Numbered from the stretch's first letter, positions 17,701-26,769 are shown. The stretch is DNA of 38,961 nucleotides from Candidatus Bathyarchaeia archaeon (GCA_035637575.1 DASPWY010000189.1:1-38961), one strand, 5' to 3'. The notes: generated by a model not told the origin, from the letters alone. Numbers and translations: made by a program.

Positions 17701-18594
17701 TTGGTTAGGAGTGTGCAGCCGATAGATCTTCGAATTGCCGATCTTGGTCAGGTGAAACTGGCTTATGTTGAAGCTGGCAGCGGCGAACCGGTAGTATTTG
17801 TTCATGGAATACCGACCGATTATCGTGCTTGGAACAGCCAGATTGGATCCTTCTCTGGCAAGCATCACGTGATCGCTTACAGTCGACGCCTCGCCCAGCC
17901 GAATCAGAACACCCTGGACTATGAGAGGAGCACGATCGAAAACAATTCCGCAGATCTTGTCGGCTTCATCGAAGAACTCGGGATTTCCCCCGTTCATTTG
18001 GTAGGCCACTCCTACGGCGGGTTCGCTTCGGCGTTCTGTGCATCGACCAACCCACAATTGATTCGGACTCTCACACTGATTGAGCCAGCAGTCTCAACTA
18101 TTTTGCTGAAGAATCTAAAGAGTAAGTTAGAATTCCTAGGCCTATTGTTCGCACATCCTTCGATAGCCATCTCAGCCGCCAAGTTTCAACGAAACTCATT
18201 GGACCCCTCGCTTAGCGCTTTCCGCCGGGGAGATTTCGATGCCGCGCTCAGATACAATCTTGACGGCATCATGAATCGGCATGGAGCATTCGAAAGGTTT
18301 CCCGAACCAGAGCGCACGATGGTGAAGGAGAATGAGAGAACGGTTGGAGAATTAACGGCCGAGGTCCCGGTGTTTAGCAGTGAAGATGCGTCGAGGATAT
18401 CCGCGCCAACACTTCTGATCCACGGAACCGAGAGCCCGAAGGTACTGCACGCCATCATAGACCGCCTGGGAAAGGCGATTCCCAAGAGCGAAATCTCAAC
18501 GATATCTGGAGCCGCACACTTCCCGCACATCGAAAAGCCTCAGGAGTTCAATCAACTAGTGCTAGGGTTTCTCTCGAAGCACTCCTCTAATTGA
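17701..18594 (+). CDS. Alpha/beta-fold hydrolase
   Basis: 297 aa. VVFVHGIPTD (oxyanion region), the nucleophile elbow GHSYGG, and C-terminal GAAHFPHIEKP (catalytic His region). TTG start. Confidence 0.8.
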   Translation: MVRSVQPIDLRIADLGQVKLAYVEAGSGEPVVFVHGIPTDYRAWNSQIGSFSGKHHVIAYSRRLAQPNQNTLDYERSTIENNSADLVGFIEELGISPVHLVGHSYGGFASAFCASTNPQLIRTLTLIEPAVSTILLKNLKSKLEFLGLLFAHPSIAISAAKFQRNSLDPSLSAFRRGDFDAALRYNLDGIMNRHGAFERFPEPERTMVKENERTVGELTAEVPVFSSEDASRISAPTLLIHGTESPKVLHAIIDRLGKAIPKSEISTISGAAHFPHIEKPQEFNQLVLGFLSKHSSN

Positions 18595-18621
18595 TGAGAA
18601 TCGAATCTTAGGGCAGCTCAG

Positions 18622-19536
18622 TTGGAAGTCTACCTCGTCGATGGCACCTACGAGCTTTTTCGCCACTTCTACGCTATGCCTCCCCACTCGAACGGGCGGG
18701 GTGAGGAGGTCGCGGCGACGCGGGGAGTGTTGGGAAGTATTGCTGGAATGCTTGAATCAGGAGTTACACACATCGGGGTCGCGACCGACCATGTGATCGA
18801 GTCCTTCCGCAACGATCTCTGGCCTGGGTACAAGACGAGTGACGGCGTCGATCCTCGCCTACTTGCACAATTTCCCCTGCTCGAAGAGGCCCTGAAAGCC
18901 ATGGGGGTCGTGGTCTGGCCGATGGTCGAATTGGAGGCGGACGACGCTCTCGCCGGTGCAGCGTTGTCTCTTAGCAGAATCTCTGCAGTGTCCCGTGTTT
19001 ACATCTGCACCCCAGACAAGGACTTGGCACAGTGCGTGAGCGACGATCGCATAGTCCAATTGGATCGCCGAGCGCGACAGGTCCGGAATGAAGCTGGGGT
19101 CCGTGAAAAGTTCGGCGTCTCGCCAATGTCCATTCCTGACTATCTCGGGCTTGTTGGTGACACTGCGGATGGGTATCCCGGTCTTACAGGGTGGGGTGAG
19201 AGGTCCGCTGGGGCGGTTATCGGTTTCTACGAACACCTGGAAGCTGTTCCTAGATCAGCCGTGGACTGGAAGGTTACTGTTCGGAGAGCTGACCGTCTTG
19301 CTCAGACTCTCCGAGAGAACTTCAAGCTCGCATTGCTATTCCGAGATCTCGCCACCCTGCGAACGAAAGAACCGAGGATCCGCTCAGTAAACGGGATTCG
19401 TTGGCGCGGACCTGGCCCTAGCTTTACCGCCATATGCGAGCGACTGGATGATCCGCAACTAGTCAACCGGGTCGCTGACATTGCCGCTAAACGGCAAGCC
19501 AAGACTCACAGTTCAAGCCATCGACAAGAGGCCTAA
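18622..19536 (+). CDS. Bacterial-type 5'-3' exonuclease / flap endonuclease (Pol I N-terminal domain-like, Xni/ExoIX-like)
   Basis: 304 aa with a TTG start. YLVDGTYELFRHFYA, ELEADDALA and LVGDTADGYPGLTGWGERSA (H3TH) are present. Confidence 0.75.
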   Translation: MEVYLVDGTYELFRHFYAMPPHSNGRGEEVAATRGVLGSIAGMLESGVTHIGVATDHVIESFRNDLWPGYKTSDGVDPRLLAQFPLLEEALKAMGVVVWPMVELEADDALAGAALSLSRISAVSRVYICTPDKDLAQCVSDDRIVQLDRRARQVRNEAGVREKFGVSPMSIPDYLGLVGDTADGYPGLTGWGERSAGAVIGFYEHLEAVPRSAVDWKVTVRRADRLAQTLRENFKLALLFRDLATLRTKEPRIRSVNGIRWRGPGPSFTAICERLDDPQLVNRVADIAAKRQAKTHSSSHRQEA

Positions 19537-19571
19537 TGTAACTCGTCTGGAAGTCACGCTTCTTGGTCGAA

Positions 19572-20216
19572 ATGTCAACCGGCAAATTGTTCTTCGAAGT
19601 AGCTGCATCTCTAGACGGCTTTATCGCTCCAGAAGGAATGGATCTGGCCCACGCGAACCATCCAGAATTCAAGCAGTGGATGAGCCAATGGACGAAGTTG
19701 CAGAACTGGGTCTTTCAGCAACAGTTCTTCCGGAAAAACCTCAAGCTCGGCGACGGCGGTGAGACTGGCCGTGATAATCGAATGTTGGAAGAGACCTTCA
19801 ACCGCACAGGCGTGAGCATCATGGGAAAGAGAATGTTTGACGGGGGAGAACGATTCTGGCCGGAAGAAGCGCCCTTTCACACACCAGTCTTCGTCTTGAC
19901 TCACCAAGTGCGCAAGCCCTGGGAACGGCCAGGAGGCACCACTTTCTACTTCGTCAATGAGGGGATAGACGGTGCACTTGGACAGGCGCGAAAAGCCGCG
20001 GGCAACCGGGACATAAGAATCGCGGGAGGCGCAAATGTCATTCAGCAATATCTTAACGCTGGATTAGTTGACGAGTTTACAATCCACTACTCACCAGTAT
20101 TCTTCGGTCACGGAGCGCAGCTGTTTTCGAAAACAAGTAAGGACATTCGCGTAAAGATCAAAGAAGCATTTCCATCCAAGGAAGTTACGCATGTTACGTT
20201 CGAAGTAGAGAGGTGA
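19572..20216 (+). CDS. RibD C-terminal domain / dihydrofolate-reductase-like protein (paralog 1)
   Basis: KLFFEVAASLDGFIAPEG, VFVLTH and IRIAGGANVIQQYLNAGLVDEF. The track start is TTG 19563; I prefer ATG 19572. Confidence 0.7.
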   Translation: MSTGKLFFEVAASLDGFIAPEGMDLAHANHPEFKQWMSQWTKLQNWVFQQQFFRKNLKLGDGGETGRDNRMLEETFNRTGVSIMGKRMFDGGERFWPEEAPFHTPVFVLTHQVRKPWERPGGTTFYFVNEGIDGALGQARKAAGNRDIRIAGGANVIQQYLNAGLVDEFTIHYSPVFFGHGAQLFSKTSKDIRVKIKEAFPSKEVTHVTFEVER

Positions 20217-20248
20217 ACGATTCGATTCTGTTCTACTAACGGCTCGTC

Positions 20249-20704
20249 TTAGATAGAACCACAGAGATTCCCGTAGGCGGTGGCGTCGCGCAGCGTGACG
20301 AGAGTGTATAGGATCCATGCGATCAGCGCTACGACTCCTACGGCTGTTAGCCCTACGGTGAACAGTATCAGAGCCGGCTCCAATATTATGAATAGTGTCC
20401 CTAAGAGCCAGAATAGTGCTCCTCTCTGCATGCTTGCACGTTTCTTAACGTTGCTCAGCTTCAACACTCCTACTCGGTAGTAGTAGAGTCCTGACAGGCT
20501 GAATGTTAGGATAGTCAGAATTATGATTGTCAGGGTAAGCTGGAATAGGGTCGGGTCAATCCGCCCCGAGGAGTATTGTGGGTAGAGGAAGAAGAGCAGG
20601 AACGTGAAGACGGCAATTGTCGACCCTACAAGGGTCCCAGCTCGGTTCACGTTCGCGGCTGCCAGATCAAGGTCCAACCAGCGTTCTTCCTTGGAATCGG
20701 ACAC
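20249..20704 (-). CDS. Hypothetical membrane protein (4 TM)
   Basis: 151 aa with four clear hydrophobic helices. No recognised motif. Confidence 0.5.
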   Translation of the reverse strand: MSDSKEERWLDLDLAAANVNRAGTLVGSTIAVFTFLLFFLYPQYSSGRIDPTLFQLTLTIIILTILTFSLSGLYYYRVGVLKLSNVKKRASMQRGALFWLLGTLFIILEPALILFTVGLTAVGVVALIAWILYTLVTLRDATAYGNLCGSI

Positions 20705-20790
20705 TGAATAGGCCTCTTCTACGAGTTCGCTCGAAGCACCTCTCCAGTATTAAGGTAGTCGAAAAATCCCGCGAGGACCATCAGTCTAGA

Positions 20791-21117
20791 CTAGTAGCCT
20801 TCGATTTCGCGTTTCATGCGTGCAAGCAGATCTACTGCGTTATCTGCGTAGCTGCCGATCCACCGGTCGTGCAGTTCTTTTATCGGGAGCGGGTTGATGT
20901 AGTTCCAGCGAAGACGCCCCTCGCGCTTCACGATAACTAGGTCGGCTTTCACGAGAGCGCGTAGGTGTTGCATCACGGTGCACCTGTCTAACTGCTTGAA
21001 ACGCTGTACCAACTCGCCGGTTGTTCTGCTTCTGACTTTGAGCAAGTCCAGTATCTCGCGTCTTAGAGAGTTGCCTAGTGCCTTGAGAATCAGATCATAC
21101 TTTTCTTCCCGTGGCAT
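20791..21117 (-). CDS. ArsR/SmtB-family winged-helix transcriptional regulator
   Basis: 108 aa. LGNSLRREILDLL...TTGELVQRF..LDRCTVMQHLRALVKADLV is the classic ArsR HTH. Confidence 0.8.
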   Translation of the reverse strand: MPREEKYDLILKALGNSLRREILDLLKVRSRTTGELVQRFKQLDRCTVMQHLRALVKADLVIVKREGRLRWNYINPLPIKELHDRWIGSYADNAVDLLARMKREIEGY

Positions 21118-21184
21118 GCTACCACCTCCAATGTGAGACGTGTGTGCGAAGATTCAAGGCTGAAAGTTGAGTAGTGGACAAAGT

Positions 21185-21200
21185 GTTATAAAGATATAAC
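21185..21200. promoter_or_regulatory. AT-rich inverted repeat GTTATA-N4-TATAAC, a candidate TATA box/ArsR operator in the divergent promoter
   Basis: gttataaagatataac ends 24 nt upstream of ATG 21224, between the divergent ArsR and SRPBCC genes. Confidence 0.3.
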
Positions 21201-21223
21201 ATGTCGGCAGGTCTGAGATAGCT

Positions 21224-21718
21224 ATGGGGATGGACCTGAGATTCACAGTTCAGACGAAGATCCAGAAACCTGTAAGCGAAGTGTTCGACGCTGTATACAA
21301 CCCAAAGAAGCTCAGCAAGTACTTCACGACCGGAGGAGCCGACGGGCCGTTAGACGAAGGAAAAACCGTGATGTGGAGCTTCAACGATAATGGGAACAAG
21401 ATCCCTCCTTTCCCAGTGAAGGTGAAAAAGGTGGTGCGGAACAAGCTGATCCAATTCTCATGGGAGGCTAGCCAAGGGGTCTACGACCCGAAGACTGGCT
21501 CAATGCCGACCGGCGCTGGATACGACACTCTCGTCGAGGTTAGCTTCGAGCCTCTCAACGCGAACGAGACGCTCGTGAAGATCGTAGAAGGGAAGTGGAG
21601 GCCTACCAAGGGCGGTCTGCATGGCTCATACCAGAACTGTCAAGGCTGGACGCACATGAGCATGTGTCTCAAAGCCTACTTGGAATACGGTATCAACCTC
21701 CGGAAAGGATCTGTTTGA
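21224..21718 (+). CDS. SRPBCC-superfamily (AHSA1/START-like) protein
   Basis: 164 aa. The FTVQTKIQKPVSEVFDAVYNPKKLSKYF start and overall length are typical. It is divergently paired with ArsR, a common arrangement. Confidence 0.65.
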   Translation: MGMDLRFTVQTKIQKPVSEVFDAVYNPKKLSKYFTTGGADGPLDEGKTVMWSFNDNGNKIPPFPVKVKKVVRNKLIQFSWEASQGVYDPKTGSMPTGAGYDTLVEVSFEPLNANETLVKIVEGKWRPTKGGLHGSYQNCQGWTHMSMCLKAYLEYGINLRKGSV

Positions 21719-21764
21719 AAAAGTTCTGAAATCACAGGCAGCAGTCGCGAAAGCCTGGTACGAT

Positions 21765-22343
21765 CTACCTCTTCGCAACAGGGATGGGTTCGTAATCGAG
21801 CCGGACGACTCCGTTCTTGTACGCCTTGCTTGCGTTGAGTTCGAGGTTGAGCCGCTTTTCGCCGCGGAAGAATGGCTTGCCGCTTCCGAGTAGCGTGGGG
21901 TGTAGCCAGATATGGAACATGTCGACGAGACCGGCCTCGGCTAGGCTCTGCACAAGTTTAGGGCTGCCGAACGTGACGATATCTTTTCCAGGCTTTTCTT
22001 TCAGCTTGCGAATCTCTCGTAGGGTGTCGCCTCGGAGTAGGGTGGCGTTGGCGTACTTGCCCCATGGGGTTTCCTTGAGAGTATTCGAAGCGACCAGCTT
22101 TGGTGTATTGTTCATTACCTCCGCGCCGGGAGAGGTCGTTTCAGTCTGGTTTGGCCACGCGCCTGCCATGATCTGGTAAGTCTGACGGCCTAGGAGGAAG
22201 GTCCCCGCGTTGGCCTGTAGTTTACTCATGTCAGCTCCCATGCCCTCGATGTCGAAATTATTGATGACCCAGTCCATCTCCTCTCTGGGACCAACAACGA
22301 ATCCATCTAGAGATAGGAACATGGAGACGACAACTTTACTCAT
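21765..22343 (-). CDS. RibD C-terminal domain / dihydrofolate-reductase-like protein (paralog 2)
   Basis: MSKVVVSMFLSLDGFVVGP, IVTFGSPKLVQSLAEAGLVDMF. The track ORF extends to 22382; I prefer ATG 22343. Confidence 0.7.
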   Translation of the reverse strand: MSKVVVSMFLSLDGFVVGPREEMDWVINNFDIEGMGADMSKLQANAGTFLLGRQTYQIMAGAWPNQTETTSPGAEVMNNTPKLVASNTLKETPWGKYANATLLRGDTLREIRKLKEKPGKDIVTFGSPKLVQSLAEAGLVDMFHIWLHPTLLGSGKPFFRGEKRLNLELNASKAYKNGVVRLDYEPIPVAKR

Positions 22344-22550
22344 GGGTAACAGAATCCTCCCGACAGCAGGACTTCCATCCACCCAGTCCAGCTTATTTCT
22401 TTGTTTTCGGCTGCAAGAATTCCAGGATCACCCTGTTCGCAATGCTTGGCTTTATGACAATAAGAAGCACGTAGTCTCAGTCCCCAGATTCATTCTTCTG
22501 GAAATCTGCGAGCTTTTCTATGGAGCGGCGAATGATTCGCTGAGTTTTCT

Positions 22551-22662
22551 TGGTGGGCCCGCCCGGATTCGAACCGGGGACCGTCAGGTGTCTCTTGCCG
22601 TGGCTATGAGCCTGCCGCTCTTTCAGTCCGTTGGATGTGAAACCTGGCTGAGCTACGGGCCC
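22551..22662 (-). tRNA. tRNA-Met/Ile2 (anticodon CAU, elongator type) with two introns and encoded CCA
   Basis: The reverse complement reads GGGCCCG UA GCUC AGCCAGGU..[about 19-nt insert]..A GAGC G GCAGG CUCAUA [15-nt intron GCCACGGCAAGAGAC, 22590-22604] A CCUGA CGGUC CCCGG UUCGAAU CCGGG CGGGCCC A CCA. The canonical 37/38 intron has 3-nt bulges and a 3-bp+mismatch central helix (CUC/GAG). The exact borders of the D-loop insert (about 22622-22640) are ambiguous. Confidence 0.85.
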
Positions 22663-22687
22663 TCAAACCGGTGCCCTATGATCTGAA

Positions 22688-22696
22688 GTTTTAATG
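22688..22696 (-). promoter_or_regulatory. Candidate TATA box for tRNA-Met
   Basis: On the minus strand, CATTAAAAC ends about 26 nt upstream of tRNA position 1. This is the expected archaeal TATA-to-start spacing. Confidence 0.35.
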
Positions 22697-22853
22697 TTTA
22701 GTGAAATAGGTCAACGCTGAGCAGGATAGCGATTCCTACAGAGCGTTGCTGAGCGTCGCGGGGCAAGTGTAACTTGGCGTTTTCTTCACCAGTAACGATA
22801 CAAGCTTCAACAGAGCAGTTCTACACGTTGTTCAGTACACGAAGGTTCACGGT

Positions 22854-23327
22854 TTGCGATTCCGGCGATTTCTCAAGAACGAGCGCGGTATTGACACCAT
22901 TATCGCTTCAGTTCTAATGGTTGCCATTGTCGTAATCGCATCTGTAATGGTCTATATCTACGCGACGGGTCTATTTGGCGCAATTGCGACTCCTCAGAAG
23001 GTAGCGACAGAGTCGATTAGCCTGGAATACGCATCCTTCACTTCGAACAACACTGTGAACCTCTCCATCAGAAACATTGGCACTACTCCGATAACACTGA
23101 AGTCATACTACGTGAATGATTACACAGGGAACCAGTACACTAGAGCAAACTGGTCTGGACCTATGTTCAATGCCACAACTCAGACAAACGCGATAATCGT
23201 AATTTCGTCAGCGTGCCCTAGCTGCACTGCCAGCGGAACCGCGTTCGTCTTCCAGTCAGGATATCCCTATACGATAATAATGGTCACTGCTACGAATGAA
23301 CAATTCTCCTTCATGATCACTCGATAA
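22854..23327 (+). CDS. Archaeal type IV pilin-like protein (class III signal peptide, DUF1628-type N-terminus)
   Basis: MRFRRFLKNERG|IDTIIASVLMVAIVVIASVMVYIY is a prepilin-peptidase-type site followed by a hydrophobic helix. The beta-rich remainder has 4 sequons (NNT, NLS, NWS, NAT). TTG start. Confidence 0.7.
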   Translation: MRFRRFLKNERGIDTIIASVLMVAIVVIASVMVYIYATGLFGAIATPQKVATESISLEYASFTSNNTVNLSIRNIGTTPITLKSYYVNDYTGNQYTRANWSGPMFNATTQTNAIIVISSACPSCTASGTAFVFQSGYPYTIIMVTATNEQFSFMITR

Positions 23328-23437
23328 TGCATCGCAATCAATCAGAACATCCGACGGTCGGATTTCTAATGCTTTAGTTTACTGAAGTTAGAAATAGCGT
23401 CGTCCCGGTTCGGATTCGAATCGGGAGAACCCCACAA

Positions 23438-24685
23438 GTGAGCAGAGTCCTCAGAAACTATGCGGGTCTCACTATCACTTGCGTTGTGGGCGTAGCTTTT
23501 GTTCTAATATTCGCAGCCTCATCCACATCCTTCTCTTCCCTGACGCTAATTCTCGCCCTCTTCACTTTCGCCTCCGTAATTGCTGCAGCCATGATGATTG
23601 CCTGGGCTGCTGAAGCATCACAGTACTCTATCAGCCAGGGTCTTGCATTGGCGATTGTAGCAATCGTCCAGACGCTTCCAGAGTTCTTTGTCGAAGGAGC
23701 CATTGCCTGGAACGCGGGACAAGATCCTGTCGGCTGGCTTCCGAACGTGACCGCGAACTTTACCGGAGCGAACAGATTACTCACAGGGCTCGGATGGCCT
23801 CTGATACTGTTCACGGCTATGCTTTCGAGAAGTGGGAATAAGCGATCTGGACTGCACGTAATTGCGCTGCGCAAGGAACAGAGCATCGAAGTCGTGTTCA
23901 TGCTTGGAGCAACCTTGTACTATGTCCTGATCTGGCTCAGAGGTTCCCTAGAACTCATCGACACCTTCGTCCTCCTCGCCGCCTTCCTGGGCTATCTCTG
24001 GATGTTATCGAGGCTACCGTCCGAGAGGCAGGACCCCCGGGAAGCGCTTGACGCATCGCCCCGTGCGATAGTTGAACTCAGAACAAGAAAGCATCGAATC
24101 ATCGCCATCCTATGTCTCTTCAGCTTCTCCGGGCTGGTCTTCGTATTCATCTCGACGCCTTTCGTGGACTCGATCAATACTATTGCAGTAGCCCTGTTCG
24201 GCGCGGGTGCAGGATTCTTCTTCATTCAATGGATCGCCCCATTTCTGTCCGAGTTCCCTGAGAAAGTGACTGCGTTTCACTGGGCACGGAAGATCAAGCT
24301 TGCGCCCATGGCTCTGTTGAACTTCGTCTCATCGGCTGTAAACGAGCTGACGGCCCTCGTTGCAATCATTCCAATAGTCTTCGCTCTCAGCATCGGAGCT
24401 ATCGGACCGGTCTCTCTAACAGCTCACAGGGACGAGGTGCTGCTGACTATGGCTCAGTCGCTCTATGCTTGCGTTTGCCTGATGGATTTGAAATACGATG
24501 TTAGAAACGCGCTGCAGCTCTTCGGCCTCTGGTTAGTATCAACAGCATTCGTAGAGACCAGATTCGCAATTTCAATCGTCTTCCTTCTCGCGTCCCTGGT
24601 CGAATTGATTATCCAGCGGCGCCGCATCACTGTATTCAGCTCGTTCAAACAGACCCTTCAACAATACTTCTCGCGGCACTCCTGA
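23438..24685 (+). CDS. Polytopic membrane protein, possibly a CaCA-type (Na+/Ca2+ exchanger-like) cation antiporter
   Basis: 415 aa with about 10 TM helices. Two alpha-repeat-like segments are present: AIVQTLPEFFVEGAIAW and APFLSEFPEKVTAF. GTG start. Confidence 0.4.
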   Translation: MSRVLRNYAGLTITCVVGVAFVLIFAASSTSFSSLTLILALFTFASVIAAAMMIAWAAEASQYSISQGLALAIVAIVQTLPEFFVEGAIAWNAGQDPVGWLPNVTANFTGANRLLTGLGWPLILFTAMLSRSGNKRSGLHVIALRKEQSIEVVFMLGATLYYVLIWLRGSLELIDTFVLLAAFLGYLWMLSRLPSERQDPREALDASPRAIVELRTRKHRIIAILCLFSFSGLVFVFISTPFVDSINTIAVALFGAGAGFFFIQWIAPFLSEFPEKVTAFHWARKIKLAPMALLNFVSSAVNELTALVAIIPIVFALSIGAIGPVSLTAHRDEVLLTMAQSLYACVCLMDLKYDVRNALQLFGLWLVSTAFVETRFAISIVFLLASLVELIIQRRRITVFSSFKQTLQQYFSRHS

Positions 24686-24720
24686 CGAGTAATGAATAAC
24701 CGCACTTTGAAGCTTGGTAA

Positions 24721-25389
24721 CTATCCTGAAAGGTCAGATTGTTTCTTTGACCTATCATTTCTCCTAAAAATTCCCTTCAAGAGTCTCCTGATCATCCCTC
24801 GTCGGCCTTCAACAAGAACTTCCTCCCAGTCGACCCTCATCAACAGGATGGCGACTAAGACCACGATCACAGCTGACAGTATGGACACGTAGAGACCGCC
24901 GCCCAGAAGGTCCTCGAGCCCTCCCTGAGAACTCCTTGCCGCGTAGGTTATCAGTATCGTCAGAACAAACTTTCCTGAATAGAGCGCGATGAACGTTTTT
25001 ACCGGACTATACTTGATAATTCCGAGAGGCACAAAGACGATATCGTCAGGCAAGGGCAAGGCCGCGAAAACAAGTGCGAGGAGGAAGGAGCTGCCGCCCA
25101 CGAGTTTTCTGAACGAGTCGAACCTTGCGGCGCGTCCACTCAGCGCTCGTCGAGCTCCGTATCCCACCCCATAGCTTACGAATTTTCCTATAGAAGCTCC
25201 CAATGCGGATACGGCCGCTATCTGAAAGAGCCCCAGACCGGGGAAGCCGGATGCGATGGTGATCACGAACAGCAGATACGGTACGGGGAAGAATGGGATC
25301 ATGTTGCCTATGATGCTCACCAGAAAGACAACGAGGATCGGGTTGCCCCCAACGAGAACCATGATTGCGCCTACGATGTCGAAGGCCAT
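24721..25389 (-). CDS. DedA/Tvp38 (VTT-domain) family membrane protein
   Basis: 222 aa. GNMIPFFPVPYLLFVI and ALPLPDDIVFVPLGIIKYSP fit the SNARE-associated/DedA pattern. Confidence 0.5.
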   Translation of the reverse strand: MAFDIVGAIMVLVGGNPILVVFLVSIIGNMIPFFPVPYLLFVITIASGFPGLGLFQIAAVSALGASIGKFVSYGVGYGARRALSGRAARFDSFRKLVGGSSFLLALVFAALPLPDDIVFVPLGIIKYSPVKTFIALYSGKFVLTILITYAARSSQGGLEDLLGGGLYVSILSAVIVVLVAILLMRVDWEEVLVEGRRGMIRRLLKGIFRRNDRSKKQSDLSG

Positions 25390-25599
25390 TCTTGGCTAAG
25401 ACCATCGACAACCCAGCAATAAGTCCGTACGTCCTGTGGAATCCCGCATAGATCTCAAGCTTCTCGAAGGGCGGATCCCGAGAGCCTCTGCGTATTCGAA
25501 TCGTGATCAACACAAATGGCTCGAGCCCAGAATCTTCCTGTCCTTCGCCGGAAAGTGCTTTAGCTGTAGAGAGAGCACGTCTCCAGCCAAGCCCAACTT

Positions 25600-26769
25600 A
25601 TGACCACGACCTTTCTCTTCGATCTAGCAATCGCGGTCGCAGCAGCCCTCCTCTTCAGTCTACTCTTCTACAAACTTCGACTTCCAATGATCGTAGGACA
25701 GCTAGTGGCGGGAATGGTCGTAGGACCCTTCGGTCTCGGCCTAATCCGAGACACAACAGCCATTGACTTTCTCAGTACTCTAGGAATAATTCTGCTGCTA
25801 TTCGTAATAGGTCTCGAGCTAGATCCTCGCCATCTCAAGAGCGTCGGATCAAAAGCCATAGTACTCACCACTGTAGAGTTTCTCGTAGCCTTCACACTTG
25901 GCGTTCTCTCAGGACTCGCTGCAGGATGGAACCTTGGCACTTCTCTGTTCCTAGGTTCGGTACTAGGCTTGAGCAGCACGGCAATCGTGGCGAAGATTGT
26001 CGCCGACCGGACTCATGAACACGGCGAAAGCCTCGCCGCTACAATAATGATGGTTATGGTCGTCGAGGATCTAATAGCTGTCTTTCTACTCTTCCTCACA
26101 CCAGAGCTTGCCAGCGGAAACCAAGTTCAAGCCGCGGCATTTTTGATTGTAACTGGCAAGGCCGGCTTCCTCTTCCTTACCACCTTTGGTTTCAGCAGGT
26201 ACCTCGGCCCGAGAATCATCAACCGAGTAAGCCAGTACGAGATCGAAGTTGGAGAAATCTCATTTCTCCTAGCTCTATCATTCGGGTTCCTCTTCGGAGT
26301 CTTATCCGATTACCTTGGCTTCTCACCGGGCATAGGCGCCCTGCTGACAGGATTCTTTCTGCCGGTCAAGCATTCCCGTTACGTGAGGGAGAAGATTCTG
26401 CCTCTCAAAGAAGCCTTCATCGTGTTCTTCTTCCTCTCCATGGGGGCACTCATTGATGTTAGGGCTGCACTGTCCGTAGGGCTTCCACTGGCCATCATAC
26501 TAGGAGCAGCAATCTTCGGAAAACTAGTCGGCGGCTCACTGGGCGCACGTCTGGCAAAAACCGGGGTCCCATTGCTCATAGGCAGCATACTAGTTCCCCG
26601 CGGAGAATTCTCACTAGTGCTCGCCAAAGCCGGAGTTGATTCCGGTATCGTGAGCTCGCAACTCTACCCGGTTGCAGGATTGGCGGTCCTGGCTACGACT
26701 CTCGCATCGCCAATAATTGAAAGGTCGCTGCACTCTTCTAGAACTGAGAAATTGGTGACGGAGTCTTAA
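25600..26769 (+). CDS. Cation:proton antiporter (CPA2 / Kef-NapA type, PF00999)
   Basis: 389 aa. FYKLRLPMIVGQLVAGMVVGPFGLGLI is the family's N-terminal signature, followed by LLLFVIGLELD. There are about 12 TM helices. Confidence 0.85.
   Translation: MTTTFLFDLAIAVAAALLFSLLFYKLRLPMIVGQLVAGMVVGPFGLGLIRDTTAIDFLSTLGIILLLFVIGLELDPRHLKSVGSKAIVLTTVEFLVAFTLGVLSGLAAGWNLGTSLFLGSVLGLSSTAIVAKIVADRTHEHGESLAATIMMVMVVEDLIAVFLLFLTPELASGNQVQAAAFLIVTGKAGFLFLTTFGFSRYLGPRIINRVSQYEIEVGEISFLLALSFGFLFGVLSDYLGFSPGIGALLTGFFLPVKHSRYVREKILPLKEAFIVFFFLSMGALIDVRAALSVGLPLAIILGAAIFGKLVGGSLGARLAKTGVPLLIGSILVPRGEFSLVLAKAGVDSGIVSSQLYPVAGLAVLATTLASPIIERSLHSSRTEKLVTES

Noticed and set aside
22210-22686. 158-aa + strand ORF covering the tRNA(CAU) locus, and the 72-aa ORF 27683-27901 covering tRNA-Asn.
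   Set aside because: The regions are explained by tRNA genes with full cloverleaf support. The ORFs have no motifs and run through structured RNA.
23404-23430. T-arm-like sequence TCCCGGTTCGGATTCGAATCGGGA, which matches the T-arm region of tRNA(CAU) at 16 of 18 positions. I considered it as a tRNA fragment or integration att remnant.
   Set aside because: There is no acceptor or anticodon context, and the stem does not pair as a T arm. It lies on the 5' side of the tRNA, where an att duplication would not be expected. It is more simply a palindromic GATTCGAATC hairpin between two genes.
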